Positions 19,701-30,716 of a stretch of 64,000 nt of DNA are shown in pieces (the first letter of the stretch is position 1; each line of letters starts with the position of its first letter). Source of the DNA: Candidatus Eiseniibacteriota bacterium (GTDB lineage: Bacteria > Eisenbacteria > RBG-16-71-46); assembly GCA_963717935.1 (NCBI GenBank), contig CAVQXP010000004.1, forward strand, positions 1,728,001 to 1,792,000, read 5' to 3'. The translations under genes were made by a program, and so were the position numbers. The notes below the pieces were generated by a model. It ran no database searches. It was not told where the DNA came from and saw nothing but the letters and a program-made list of their open reading frames with translations.

Positions 19701-20520
19701 GCGCGCCGGTGAGGCTGGCGGTGCTCGGCGATCCGCTGGCCTTCACGCTCTCGCCGGTGCTCCACCGCGCGGGGCTTGGGGCCCTCGGCCTGCCGGGCGG
19801 GTCGGAGGCGCTGCGCGTGCCGCGATCGCGCCTGGGCGCGGACGCTCGCCCGGCTCTGCGGCCGGCGGCTACCGCGGAGTGAACCTGACCCATCCGCTCA
19901 AGCGGGCGGCGCTCGCGCACCTGACCGAGACCTCGGACGCGGCGCGGCGTGCCGGCTCGGTGAACACCGTGCAGCTTCGGCGCCGGGCGTCACGCGGGGC
20001 GACACCACGGACGGGGCGGGGTTCGTGGCGCTGCTGGAGGATCTCGGGGCCGGGGTCGCGGGGGCGAGCGTGGTCCTGCTCGGCGCCGGGGGCGCCGCGC
20101 GCAGCCTGGGTCTGGCGCTGCTCGAGGCCGGGGCGGCGTCGCGTGACCGCGTGGGCGCGCCGGCCCGGCGAGGCGTCGGCGGCGTGGGGGGCGATCGCGG
20201 CGTGCGCGCGTGACGTGGGCTGGGACTCCGAAGAGGGCCGCGCCGCGCTGGCGGGCGCGAATCTGGTCGTGAACGCCACGCCGCTGACGGGGTCCGAGGA
20301 GCCGTGCGCGATCGGCCGCATCCCGCGCGGCGCGCGGGTCGTGGACCTGGTGTACGGGCCCGAGGTGACCCCGTGGGTGCGCGCAGCGCGCGCGGCCGGG
20401 CTCGAGGCGGTGGACGGGCTCGGGCTGCTCGTCTTCCAGGCGCGGTGCTCGCTGGCGCTGTGGACGGGGCGTGAGGTGCCGCTCGCGCCGCTCGCCGCCG
20501 CGGTGGGATGGCCGCGGTGA
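19697..20520 (+). CDS. aroE: Shikimate dehydrogenase (about three frameshifts)
   Basis: VLGDPLAFTLSPVLH, NLTHPLK, GSVNTV, GDTTDGAGF, LLGAGGAARS, VVNATP, DLVY, DGLGLLVFQA. Confidence 0.88.
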
Positions 20521-21221
20521 GGCCGCAGGCGCTGCTGCGCGCGGCCGTGTCCGGGGCGCGGGACCTCGAGGCCTTCGCCCTGCCGCAGCGCTGCCCGGGC
20601 TGCGGGCAGCCGGCGGCGCCGGAGCGGCTGCTGTGCGGGGCCTGCTTCGAGCGCGTCCCGGCGCTCTCGTTCGCGTTGTGCGCGCGCTGCCTGGCGCGGG
20701 GGCGGGAGCCCGTCGGCTGCGGCCGCCACCCGCAGGCGCAGGTCTGGCCCGCCCTGGTCTACGACGAGCGCGCGGCGCTTCTGGTGCACGCGCTCAAGTA
20801 CGGTGGGCGCCCGGGGCTCGCGGACGCCCTCGCGGAGCGGCTCGCCCGCGCCCTGCCCGCCGCGCTCGCGGCGGACCTGGTGACCGCGGTGCCGCTGCAC
20901 GCGGCGCGCCGGCGCGAGCGGGGCTACAATCAGGCCTGGCGGCTGGCCGCGGGGCTCGCGAGCCGGCTGGGCGTGCCGGCGCTCGAGGACGTGCTCGTGC
21001 GCGTGCGCCACACGCCGGCGCAGGCGCGGCTCGATCCCGAACGCCGCCGCCGCAATCTGGCGGGTGCGTTCCGGGTGAGGGAGCCGCAGCGCTATCGGGA
21101 CCGGAGGGTGCTCATCGTGGACGACGTACTCACCACCGGCGCCACGCTCGAGGCCTGCCTCGGGACGCTGGCGGCGGTCGGGGCACGGCCGGTCGGCGCC
21201 GTGCTGGCCTGGGCCCAGTAG
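20517..21221 (+). CDS. comF: ComF family protein (zinc ribbon plus phosphoribosyltransferase)
   Basis: CPGC/CGAC/CARC, LKY, VPLH..RRRERGYNQA, NLAGAF, LIVDDVLTTGATL. Confidence 0.92.
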   Translation: MRPQALLRAAVSGARDLEAFALPQRCPGCGQPAAPERLLCGACFERVPALSFALCARCLARGREPVGCGRHPQAQVWPALVYDERAALLVHALKYGGRPGLADALAERLARALPAALAADLVTAVPLHAARRRERGYNQAWRLAAGLASRLGVPALEDVLVRVRHTPAQARLDPERRRRNLAGAFRVREPQRYRDRRVLIVDDVLTTGATLEACLGTLAAVGARPVGAVLAWAQ

Positions 21222-21879
21222 ATGTCCCACCTGCACATCCCCGACGGGGTGCTGCCCGTCCTGCTGTGGGCCCCGGGGCTGGGCCTGGCGCTGCTGTTGC
21301 TCGTGCTCGGCGCGCGCGCGCTGCGCGGAGCGTCGCCCCAGCGGCTGGCGTATCAGGGCGCGCTGGGCGCGCTGGTGCTGGCCGCGATGGCGGTGGAGGT
21401 GCCGCTCGGGCCGCTCGAGTACCACCTCACCCTGGTGGGCCCGGTGGGGGTGCTGCTCGGTCCGGCGGCGATCTTCCAGGTGGTGTTCGTGGCCAACGCG
21501 ATCCTGGCGCTGGTGGGTCACGGTGGACTCACGGTCGTGGGGCTCAACGCGCTGGTGCTCGGAGCGGGCGGGATCGCTGGCGCGCCCGGTCTACGTGGTG
21601 TTCGCGCGGCGCTGGAGACCGCCGGTCGCGCTGGCAGCGGCCACGGCAGTGACCCAGACCGTCTCGGGCGCGCTCTGGCTGGCGGTCATGACGGCTGCGT
21701 TGCACGTGCAGGCGGTCGGGCCGCACCGCGTGAAGCTGGTCGCGGGCGTGGTGTTCCCGTTGTACGTGGCGGGCATCGTGATCGAATCGGTGGTGGCCTT
21801 CGGGGTCGCGCGCTTCATCATCCGCGTGCGCCCGGACCTGCTCCCCGGCGGCGCGGCGCCCGCGGAGGAGCGGAAGTGA
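21222..21879 (+). CDS. cbiM: ECF transporter S component, CbiM/NikM family (frameshift near 21570)
   Basis: MSHLHIPDG, YHLTL, GHGGLTVVGLN; C-terminal helices continue in frame of ORF 21523..21879. Confidence 0.85.
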
Positions 21880-22595
21880 TCAACACGCTGGCGCAGATCG
21901 ACTACCTGGCGAGCGCGGGGCGGACGCCCTGGCACCGGGCCAGCGCCCTCTCGAAGCTGCTGCTCGCTGCGGGGCTCGTGCTGCTGGCGGTCTTCGCGCC
22001 TTCGCTCTGGCTCCTCGCAGGCCTCTATGCCGTGGCCTGGGCGCTGGCGCTCACGGCCCGGCTGCCCTGGCGCCTCACGCTCGTCGCCTCCGGCTACCCG
22101 GTCGCCTTCACGCTGCTCTTCCTGCTGGCGCGCTGGGACGGCACCCCGGGCACGCCGCTGCGGCTGCTGCTACGCCCCCTCACGGCGAGCCTCGCCGCGG
22201 TGTGGCTGGTGGGCACCACGCCCTATCCGGATCTCTTCACCCCGCTCTCGCGCCTGCTGCCGCGCAGCGTGGGCGACGGACTCTTCCTCACCTACCGCGC
22301 GCTCTTCGAATTGATGCGCCGCACCAGCGACCTGTGGCGCGCGCTGCGCCTGCGCGGGGGCACGAGCGGCCCCGCGCGGCGGCGGCTCACGCTGGCCGGC
22401 GAAGGCTTTGCCACCATGGTGCTGTACGGCTTCGAGCGCAGCGAGCGGCTCTATGCCACCATGCGCCTGCGCGGGCACAGCGGTCGCATCTGCGGCTGCC
22501 ATCACTTCGCCGAGGGGTCCCGGGCGGACCTGCTCGTCGCCGCCGCGGGACTGATCGTGATTGCCGGAGCGGTGCTGCTGTGGAGGATGCCGTGA
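21876..22595 (+). CDS. cbiQ: ECF transporter T component, CbiQ family
   Basis: GTGA overlap; WHRASALSKL, GTTP, LTYR, LRLRG, ERSERLYATMRLRG. Confidence 0.88.
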   Translation: MINTLAQIDYLASAGRTPWHRASALSKLLLAAGLVLLAVFAPSLWLLAGLYAVAWALALTARLPWRLTLVASGYPVAFTLLFLLARWDGTPGTPLRLLLRPLTASLAAVWLVGTTPYPDLFTPLSRLLPRSVGDGLFLTYRALFELMRRTSDLWRALRLRGGTSGPARRRLTLAGEGFATMVLYGFERSERLYATMRLRGHSGRICGCHHFAEGSRADLLVAAAGLIVIAGAVLLWRMP

Positions 22596-23549
22596 ACGAG
22601 CCGATCGTGCGCGTCTCGTGCGTGCGCCACACGTATCCCGACCGCAGCGAGGTCCACCTGTGCGGGCTCGACTTCGTCGTGGCCGCGGGCGAGCGCGTGG
22701 TGGTGGTGGGCCCGAACGGCTGCGGCAAGACCACGCTGCTCTTCCATATCCTGGGGCTGCTCGAGCCGCAGGAGGGCGAGGTCGTCGTCTTCGGCGTGGA
22801 CCCGGCGCGGCACTTCAACCGCATCCGCGAGCGGATCGGCGTGCTCATGCAGAACGTGGACGAGCAGATCATCGCGCCCACGGTCTGGGACGACGTCTCC
22901 TTCTCGCCGCGTTCCTACGGCTACGCCGGGCCCGAGGTCGAACGCATGGTGAGCGCGGCGCTGGACAAGGTCGGCATCGCTCATCTGCGCCACAAGGTCT
23001 GCCATCACCTCTCGGGTGGCGAGAAGCGGAAGGTCGCCCTGGCGGGCGCGCTGGTGCTGGAGCCCGAGTTGCTGGTGCTGGACGAGCCGTTCGAGGGGCT
23101 CGATCCCGCCTCCCGCAGCGACCTCGTCGAACTGCTGAACCGCCTGCACCGCGAGCAGGGTGTCTCGCTCGTGATGGCCACGCACGACATCAACGCCGTG
23201 CCGGTGATGGCCGACCGGGTCTACGTGCTGGTGGGGGGCGGTGAGATCGTGGCGCAGGGGCCGCCGCACGAGATCTTCCAGGATCCGGGGCTCCTGCGCC
23301 GCAGCAACGTCGAGCCGCCCGTGCTGGCCGAACTGTTCCAGCGGCTCGAGGAGCGGGGCGTGGCGCTCGGGCGTCCCGTGACCGTGGAGGAGGCGGCGCG
23401 CGCGATCCTCGCCTGGACCGCGAAGCACCCGCCGTGCAGGGACGCCGGCGACCTCGGGCCGCTGTTCGCCGCCGGGTGGCGGGGCGGAGAAGCCCGTCCG
23501 CGGCGCGGCCGATCCCGGCCCGGGCGCCGGAGGTCCGGAGAAGGCGTGA
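22592..23549 (+). CDS. cbiO: ECF transporter ATPase CbiO (3' end uncertain; likely frameshift after about 23430)
   Basis: GPNGCGKT, QNVDEQI, LSGGEKRKVALAG, LDEP, ATHD; likely true stop TGA 23547-23549 overlapping rarA start. Confidence 0.88.
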
Positions 23550-24939
23550 CCGGCGACCTCTTCGGCCCCGTCGGGCCGCCGGGACCCCTTCCCAGGCAGC
23601 CGTCGGTGCCCGGTGAGCCGGCCGCCGACCGCACGCCGCTGGCCGACCGCATGCGGCCGCGCTCCTTCGACTGAGCTGGTCGGCCAGCCGCAGCTCTTCA
23701 CGCCCGGCTCGCCGCTCTCGCTGATGCGGGACGGCCGCCACCTCGCCTCGGTCATCCTCTGGGGCCCGCCGGGCACGGGCAAGACCACCCTCGCGCGCCT
23801 GATCGCGACCACCGCGGGCGTTCCCTTCGTGGCCTTCAGCGCCGTGCTCTCGGGCGTGAAGGAGGTCCGCGAGACCATGGAGCGGGCGACGCTCGAGCGG
23901 AAGCGCTCGGGCCGGCCCACGCTGCTCTTCGTGGACGAGATCCACCGCTTCAACAAGGCGCAGCAGGACGCCTTCCTCTCGTACGTCGAGAAGGGCGACA
24001 TCGTGCTGATCGGCGCCACCACCGAGAACCCCTCGTTCGAGGTGAACGCCGCGCTGCTGTCGCGCATGCGCGTCGTCGTGCTGCAAGGAGCTCGGGGTGG
24101 CGGACCTCATCGGTCCTGCTCGAGCGCGCGCTGGGCGACCGCTGACCGCGGGCTCCGAGGCGGGCACGCGGCCGAGCCGGGCGTCGCTGGAGCTCATCGC
24201 CGCGAGCGCCGATGGCGACGCCCGCCGCGCGCTCAACACGCTGGAGCTGGCCGCGGCCTCGGTGGGCGCCGTGCCACCGGGCGAGCCCGCGCTCATCAGC
24301 GTGGAAGTGGTGAAGCAGGCCCTGGCGCGCCGCCACCTGCGCTACGACCGCGCGGGCGAGGAGCACTTCAACCTGATCTCGGCGCTCCACAAGTCGCTGC
24401 GCGACTCGGACCCGCACGCCGGGCTCTACTGGCTGGCGCGCATGCTGGCGGCGGGCGAGGAGCCGCTCTACGTGGCGCGCCGGCTGGTGCGTTTCGCCAG
24501 CGAGGACGTGGGCAATGCCGACCCGCAGGCGCTCCCGCTGGCGGTCGCGGCCTTCCAGGCCTACCACCAGCTCGGCACGCCCGAGGGCGAACTGGCGCTG
24601 GCGCAGTGCGCCGTGTACCTCGCGACCGCGCCCAAGAGCAATGCCGTCTACGTGGGTCTCCGCAAGGCCATGGCCGAGGTGGAGAGGAGCGGCAGCCTGC
24701 CGCCGCCGCTGGTCATCCGCAACGCCCCCACGAGGCTCATGAAGGAGCTCGGGTACGGCAAGGACTACCGCTACGCGCACGACGAGCAGGGCGGCATCGC
24801 GGACCAGCAGCACCTGCCCGACGAACTCGCGGGGAGGCGCTTCTACGAGCCCACCGGGTCCGGCCAGGAGGCCGCGATCGCGGCGCGGATGAAGGAGTGG
24901 GAGCGTCTGCTGGAGGGCAAGCGGCGTCCGGGAGCCTGA
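23546..24939 (+). CDS. rarA: Replication-associated recombination protein A (frameshifts near 23670 and 24085-24160)
   Basis: [71 protein letters not shown]. Confidence 0.93.
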
Positions 24940-25053
24940 GCGAGCCCGGCCGGACCCCGGGGCCGCGTCCCACACGCGGGATTCAGCCTGCGCCGCCCGG
25001 GCCGGGGCCGCATCTACCCGGATTGGTAGGTGCCATCCAGGCCCGGGCGGTGC

Positions 25054-25082
25054 TTGACTCGATCACATCTCGAACCTAATCT
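25054..25082 (+). promoter_or_regulatory. Sigma70-type promoter upstream of mrp-iscS
   Basis: TTGACT, 17 nt, TAATCT. Confidence 0.65.
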
Positions 25083-25208
25083 AACCCGTTCTTGTCCAGC
25101 CGACTAGCGGGCTGGAGGGCCCGGAGCCGCGCCGGGCGCCGGGTCCGCCTGCCCCGGATGCCGGCGTTCTGCTCACCGGCCGCGCCTGCTTGGAGAGCCA
25201 CCCACCAC

Positions 25209-26268
25209 ATGTCGATCACCCGCTCTGAAGACGTCCTGACCGCCCTGCGCACCGTGCAGGACCCGGATCTGCGCCGTGACCTCGTGACCCTGGGCATGAT
25301 CGAGGACCTCGTGGTCGAGGACGGCGAGGTCGCCCTCACCCTGGTGCTCACCACCGCGGCCTGCCCGCTGCGCGGTCAGATCGAGGGCGACGTGCGCCGG
25401 GCCGTCATGGCCGTGCGCGGGGTGCGGAATCTCAAGCTGACGACCACCTCGCGCATGCGCAAGCCCAAGGATCCGACCGCCGACCGACGGGCGCTGCCCG
25501 GGGTCGCGCACGTCATCGCCGTGGGATCGGGCAAGGGTGGCGTCGGGAAGTCCACGGTGGCCGCCAATCTCGCCATCGCGCTGGCCCTGACGCGGGGCGA
25601 AGGTGGGCCTGCTGGACGGCGACATCTACGGGCCCAACCTGCCGCGCATGCTGGGCGTGCACGACCAGCCCGAGCAGCGCGAAGGCAAGATCATCCCGCT
25701 CGATGCCTTCGGCATCCGCTTCATGTCCATCGGGCTGCTCGTGCCGCAGGGCGAGGCCGTGGTGTGGCGTGGTCCGATGCTGCACGGAGCGCTCAAGAGC
25801 TTCCTGCACGACGTGGACTGGAGCGGCCTCGACTACCTGCTCGTGGACCTGCCGCCCGGGACCGGCGACGTGCAGCTCTCGCTCACCCAGTTGACGTTCG
25901 TGGACGGGGCGGTGGTCGTGACCACGCCGTCGGCCGTGGCCCTCGACGACGCGGTCAAGGCGGTGGACGCCTTCCAGAAGCTCCAGGTGCCGGTGCTGGG
26001 CCTGATCGAGAACATGAGCTACTTCGTCTGCCCGGACTGCAAGGCGCGCCACGCGATCTTCGACACGGGCCGCACCGAGGCGCGGGCGCTGGCACTGGGA
26101 GTGCCGTATCTGGGCGCGGTCCCGCTGCACGGCGCGGTGCGCAGCGGCGGTGACGAGGGCCGCCCGGTGGTGGCCGACGACCCCGGCAGCGAGTACGCGC
26201 GCGCGCTGCGGGAGATCGCAGGCCGGCTGGCGCAGCGCGTCTCGATCCAGACGCACGGCGCGGAGTGA
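25209..26268 (+). CDS. mrp: Mrp/NBP35 (ApbC) Fe-S carrier ATPase (frameshift near 25590)
   Basis: DPDLRRDLV, ACPL, GSGKGGVGKST, DIYGP, WRGPM, DLPPGTGD, ENMSYFVCPDC. Confidence 0.93.
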
Positions 26269-27458
26269 CGGCCATGCGCGAGGTCTACGCCGATCACGCT
26301 GCCACCACCCGGGCGGTCCCCGAGGCGCTCGCCGCGATGGCGCCGTTCCTGGGCGCCGCCTTTGGCAACGCGTCCTCGGCGCACCGCCGGGGCGAGGCGG
26401 CGCGCGAGGCGGTCGAACGGGCCCGCGCCAGCGTGGCGGCGCTGATCGGCGCGCTCCCCGAGGAGATCGTCTTCACGGCGACCGGTTCCGAGGCCAACAA
26501 CCTGGCCCTCAAGGGCGTGCTGCTCGCCCTCGATCACGGGCGCGCGCGCGGACGGCGCCGGCTGGTGGTCTCGGCCATCGAGCACCCGTCGGTGCTCGAG
26601 ACCGCGCGCCACCTGGAGTCGCGGGGCTTCCCGCTCACGGTGCTGCCGGTCGGGGCGGACGGGATCGTGGACCCGGAGTGCGTGGAGCAGGCACTCGGCG
26701 ACGACGTGGCGCTGGTCTCGGTGATGGGGGTGAACAACGAGGTCGGCACGATCCAGCCGGTGCACGAGATCGCGGCGCTGGCCCACGCGGCCGGGGCGCT
26801 CTTCCACTGCGACGCGGTGCAGGCCGTGGGCCGGATCCCGATCGCGGTGGGCGAGCTGGGCGCGGACCTGCTGAGCCTCGCCGGGCACAAGCTGGGCGGG
26901 CCGCCCGGGGCGGCGGCGCTCTACGCGCGGCGACGGCTGCGGCTCGTGCCGCTCGTGCATGGCGGGCACCAGGAGCGCTCGCGGCGCGCCGGCACGGAGG
27001 ATCTCGCGGCGCTGGCGGGCCTGGGCGCGGCGGCTGGCCGGGCGCAACGGCGCCTGGCGGCGGACGAGCCCGCGCGGCTCGGGGCGTTGGGCGAGCGTCT
27101 GCGCGCGGGGCTCCTCGCGGCGTGCCCGGAGACGCGCCTGAACGGGGACGCCGCGCAGCGCGTGCCGGTCATCTTGAACGTGTGTTTTCGCGGCGTGGAC
27201 GGGGAGTCGTTGCTGCACGAGCTGGACCGCGAGGGGATCTCGGTCTCGACCGGCTCGGCCTGCAGCGCGGCCAGCCCCGGACCGTCGCACGTGCTCACGG
27301 CCATGGGACTCCCGCCGGCGGACGCACACGCGAGCGTGCGCTTCTCGCTGGGCGAGGGGAACGACGAGGCCGACATCGACTGGATCCTGGAGGCCACGCC
27401 GGCCGCGGTCGCGCGCCTGCGCGCGATGGACGCTCCGGGCGTGCGCCGCAGCGCCTAG
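26265..27458 (+). CDS. iscS: Cysteine desulfurase, IscS/NifS type
   Basis: [49 protein letters not shown]. Confidence 0.92.
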   Translation: MTAMREVYADHAATTRAVPEALAAMAPFLGAAFGNASSAHRRGEAAREAVERARASVAALIGALPEEIVFTATGSEANNLALKGVLLALDHGRARGRRRLVVSAIEHPSVLETARHLESRGFPLTVLPVGADGIVDPECVEQALGDDVALVSVMGVNNEVGTIQPVHEIAALAHAAGALFHCDAVQAVGRIPIAVGELGADLLSLAGHKLGGPPGAAALYARRRLRLVPLVHGGHQERSRRAGTEDLAALAGLGAAAGRAQRRLAADEPARLGALGERLRAGLLAACPETRLNGDAAQRVPVILNVCFRGVDGESLLHELDREGISVSTGSACSAASPGPSHVLTAMGLPPADAHASVRFSLGEGNDEADIDWILEATPAAVARLRAMDAPGVRRSA

Positions 27459-27477
27459 ACGGGGGAGGAGACGGACC

Positions 27478-28398
27478 ATGGACCAGAACGAGCAGTTCCG
27501 CCTGAAGGTGGGCCTGGCCGAGATGCTCAAGGGCGGCGTGATCATGGACGTCATGACCGCCGACCAGGCACGCATCGCCGAGGAATCCGGCGCCTGCGCC
27601 GTGATGGCGCTCGAGCGCATCCCCGCGATCATCCGGCGCGAGGGCGGCGTGGCGCGCATGTCGGACCCCCGGCTCATCCGGGAGATCGAGGCCGCGGTCT
27701 CGATCCCGGTGATGGCCAAGTGCCGCATCGGCCACCTGGCCGAGGCGCAGATCCTGGAGGCGCTGGGCGTGGACTTCATCGACGAGAGCGAGGTCCTGAC
27801 CCCGGCCGACGAGGAGAACCACATCGCCAAGCACGCCTTCAAGGTGCCGTTCGTCTGCGGCTGCCGCGACCTGGGCGAGGCCCTGCGCCGCATCGGCGAG
27901 GGCGCGGCCATGATCCGCACCAAAGGCGAGGCCGGCACCGGCGACATCGTCGAGGCGGTGCGCCACATGCGGGCGGTGCAGCAGGAGATGCGGCGCATCC
28001 AGGGCCTGCGCGACGAAGAGCTGATGGCGGCAGCCAAGCAGCTGGGCGCGCCCTACGAGATCGTCCTGCAGGTGAGGGCGCTCGGGAAGCTGCCGGTCCC
28101 GAACTTCGCCGCCGGCGGGGTAGCCACACCCGCGGATGCCTCGCTCATGATGCAGCTCGGCGCCGAGTCGGTGTTCGTGGGCTCGGGGATCTTCGAGGTG
28201 GGGGATCCCGATCCCGAGAAGAAGGGGGAGCGGCGCCGCGATCAACTGCGCATGGCCCGGGCCATCGTGCAGGCGGTCGCGAACTACGACAAGCCGGAGA
28301 TCCTCGCACAGCTCTCGGAGGGACTCCCGAAGGCCATGAAGGGCATCTCCGTCGCGGCGATCCCGGCCGGCGAGCAGCTCGCGAAGCGGGGCTGGTGA
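27478..28398 (+). CDS. pdxS: PLP synthase lyase subunit
   Basis: [62 protein letters not shown]. Confidence 0.97.
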   Translation: MDQNEQFRLKVGLAEMLKGGVIMDVMTADQARIAEESGACAVMALERIPAIIRREGGVARMSDPRLIREIEAAVSIPVMAKCRIGHLAEAQILEALGVDFIDESEVLTPADEENHIAKHAFKVPFVCGCRDLGEALRRIGEGAAMIRTKGEAGTGDIVEAVRHMRAVQQEMRRIQGLRDEELMAAAKQLGAPYEIVLQVRALGKLPVPNFAAGGVATPADASLMMQLGAESVFVGSGIFEVGDPDPEKKGERRRDQLRMARAIVQAVANYDKPEILAQLSEGLPKAMKGISVAAIPAGEQLAKRGW

Positions 28399-28402
28399 CG
28401 GA

Positions 28403-29038
28403 GTGGGGCGCCCCCGGGTCGGAGTGCTGAGCCTGCAGGGCGACTTCGAGCGGCATGGCGCGGCGCTCGCGGCGCTCGGGGCGGAGCCGGTGCGCATCTC
28501 GCGGCCGGAGCACCTCCAGGACCTCGAAGCGTTGATCGTGCCGGGGGGCGAGTCCACCACCATGCTGCGGCTGCTGGAGGCGACGGGGCTGCGCGCGCCG
28601 CTCGAGGCCTTCGTGAAGCACCGGCCGGTGCTGGGGACCTGCGCGGGCCTGGTGCTGCTGGCGAAGGAAGCCGGTGCGCTGCCCGCTCCGACGCTCGGCC
28701 TGCTCGACGTTTCGGTCGAGCGCAACGCCTACGGACGGCAGATCGACTCCTTCAGTTGCCCGCTCGAGGTCGCGGCGCTGGGCGGGCCGTTCGACGCGGT
28801 CTTCATCCGTGCGCCGCGCATCCGCCGTGTCGGCGCGGGCGTCGAGGTGGTGGCGCGCGCGGCCGACGGCGAGCCGGTCGCGGTGCGCGAGGGACGCGTG
28901 GCGGGGCTGGCGTTCCACCCGGAGCTGACGCCGGACAGGCGGTTCCACCGCTGGTTCCTGGGCGAGGTGGCGGGGCTCGCGCTGCCGGCGGAACCGGCGA
29001 GCGCGCCCGCGGCGCGGCAGAGCGGAGGCCGGCCGTGA
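28403..29038 (+). CDS. pdxT: PLP synthase glutaminase subunit
   Basis: GVLSLQGDF, PGGESTT, GTCAG, RNAYGRQ, FIRAP, FHPE. Confidence 0.96.
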   Translation: MGRPRVGVLSLQGDFERHGAALAALGAEPVRISRPEHLQDLEALIVPGGESTTMLRLLEATGLRAPLEAFVKHRPVLGTCAGLVLLAKEAGALPAPTLGLLDVSVERNAYGRQIDSFSCPLEVAALGGPFDAVFIRAPRIRRVGAGVEVVARAADGEPVAVREGRVAGLAFHPELTPDRRFHRWFLGEVAGLALPAEPASAPAARQSGGRP

Positions 29039-30054
29039 CGGAGACGCGCCCGGACCGCCAGGCGTTCCACGAATTCGTCGCGAAGCACTCCCGCCTGCTG
29101 CTCACGACCCACGTGAACCCGGACGGAGACGGGCTGGGGAGCGAGGTCGCGGTGGCCCTGTGGCTGCGCGCGCTCGGCAAGCAGGTGCGCGTGCTCAACG
29201 ATTCGCCGGTGCCCGCCGCGTACGTCTTCCTCACACGCCACGTGCCGGTCGAGACGTTCGAACCGGAGGCGGCCGAGCGAGCCTTCGACGAGGCCGACGC
29301 GCTGGTCGTGCTGGATGTCAGCAACCGCCAGCGCATCGGGCGGCTGGCGCCGTTGCTGGACCGGCACCTGGTGCCGATCGCGGTGGTGGACCACCACGTC
29401 ACGCACGCCCAGGGCTTCGGGCAGGTGAACGTGATCGAGCCCGAGGCCTCGGCCACCGGCGAGATCGTCTACGACCTGATCCGCGAGTCGGGCCGCGACA
29501 TCGACCCGGATCTGGCCGAGGCGCTGTACGTGGCCCTGATGACGGACACCGGCTCGTTCCGCTTCTCGAACACCGACAGCCATGCGCACCGCATGGCCGC
29601 GGACCTGCTCACGCACGGCCTCGATCCCCAGCGCATCCACGCGCAGGTGCACGCGCATGCCTCGGCCGCCCGGCTGCGCTTCTTCGGCGAGGTGCTCGCG
29701 GCCCTCGAGTTGCTGGAGGGCGGCCGGATCGTCGTGCTCGACGCTTCGCCGGAGCAGTTCCAGAAGCACGGGCTCGTGGGGGCCGACACCGAGGGCCTCG
29801 TGGACATGCCGCGGAACATCGCGGAGGTCGAGGCCGTGGTGCTCTTCTCCGAGGTGGAACCCGGCAAGGTCAAGGTGAGCATGCGCTCGACCGGCCGCAT
29901 CGTCGTCGACCAGATCGCCTCCCGTCTGGGCGGTGGCGGGCACCCGCACGCGGCCGGCGTGGCGCTGCGGGGCACGCGCGCCGCGGCCCGCGAGCGCATC
30001 CTGCCCGAGCTGCACCGGTTGGTCGCGGCGCTCCCGCCGGGGCCGCGACCGTGA
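29035..30054 (+). CDS. nrnA: DHH-family phosphoesterase (NrnA-like)
   Basis: THVNPDGDGLGS, VLD, VDHH, TDTGSF, SMRS, GGGGHPHAAG. Confidence 0.9.
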   Translation: MTETRPDRQAFHEFVAKHSRLLLTTHVNPDGDGLGSEVAVALWLRALGKQVRVLNDSPVPAAYVFLTRHVPVETFEPEAAERAFDEADALVVLDVSNRQRIGRLAPLLDRHLVPIAVVDHHVTHAQGFGQVNVIEPEASATGEIVYDLIRESGRDIDPDLAEALYVALMTDTGSFRFSNTDSHAHRMAADLLTHGLDPQRIHAQVHAHASAARLRFFGEVLAALELLEGGRIVVLDASPEQFQKHGLVGADTEGLVDMPRNIAEVEAVVLFSEVEPGKVKVSMRSTGRIVVDQIASRLGGGGHPHAAGVALRGTRAAARERILPELHRLVAALPPGPRP

Positions 30055-30716
30055 GTGGGGCAGCCGTGGCGGTGGACGCGCTCGCGGTCGCGGCCCTGGG
30101 ACTCGAGCATCTCTACACGGGCCGGCGGGGGCTCCCCGCGCTGAGCTTCGAGTTGCGGGCGCCGGGCGTGGTCGCCGTCAGCGGGCCGAACGGTTCGGGC
30201 AAGAGCACGCTGCTGCGCCTGCTGGCGGGGCTGCTGCCGCCGACCGCGGGCCGCTCGCTCGTGACCCTCGCGGGGCGCGAGGTGCCGCCGCCGGAGCGGC
30301 GCACGGTGCTGGGGTTCGCCTCGCCCGAACTGGCGTTCTACGAGGAGCTCTCCTGCGTCGAGAACCTGGCCTTCGCCGCCGAGGCCCGCGGTGCGCGCGA
30401 CCGCGCGACGCTGGCCTCGGCGGCGCTGGAGCGCGTGGGCCTGGGTGCGCGCGCGCGCGACCGGGTGGCCGCACTGTCCTCGGGGATGACACAGCGCCTG
30501 CGGCTCGCCTTCGCCCTGCTCCTGCGGCCGCCGCTGCTGCTGCTGGACGAGCCGGGCAGCCACCTCGACGAGGAGGGCCGCACACTGGTCGAGCGCATCG
30601 TGGACGAGGAGGCCCGCACCGGGCTCGTCGTCATCGCCACCAACGAATCACGGGAGTGGGGACTTGCCGCCCAACGGATCGAACTCCGCGGCCGCGGTCT
30701 GGGCCATCCTGCGTAA
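30051..30716 (+). CDS. ccmA: Heme exporter ATPase CcmA
   Basis: GPNGSGKST, ENL, LSSGMTQRL, LLLDEP; directly upstream of ccmB. Confidence 0.88.
   Translation: MSGAAVAVDALAVAALGLEHLYTGRRGLPALSFELRAPGVVAVSGPNGSGKSTLLRLLAGLLPPTAGRSLVTLAGREVPPPERRTVLGFASPELAFYEELSCVENLAFAAEARGARDRATLASAALERVGLGARARDRVAALSSGMTQRLRLAFALLLRPPLLLLDEPGSHLDEEGRTLVERIVDEEARTGLVVIATNESREWGLAAQRIELRGRGLGHPA

Noticed and set aside
21180..21222. Cobalamin or NiCo riboswitch before cbiM
   Set aside because: cbiM starts immediately after the comF stop; there is no leader.
21222..22595. CbiM-CbiQ fusion (457 aa ORF)
   Set aside because: Middle section is off-frame; the real CbiM end is in another frame and stops at 21879, overlapping the cbiQ GTG.
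22202..23674. CbiO fused to the RarA N-terminus
   Set aside because: Low-complexity junction and a GTGA start/stop overlap at 23546-23549 indicate two genes joined by an indel.
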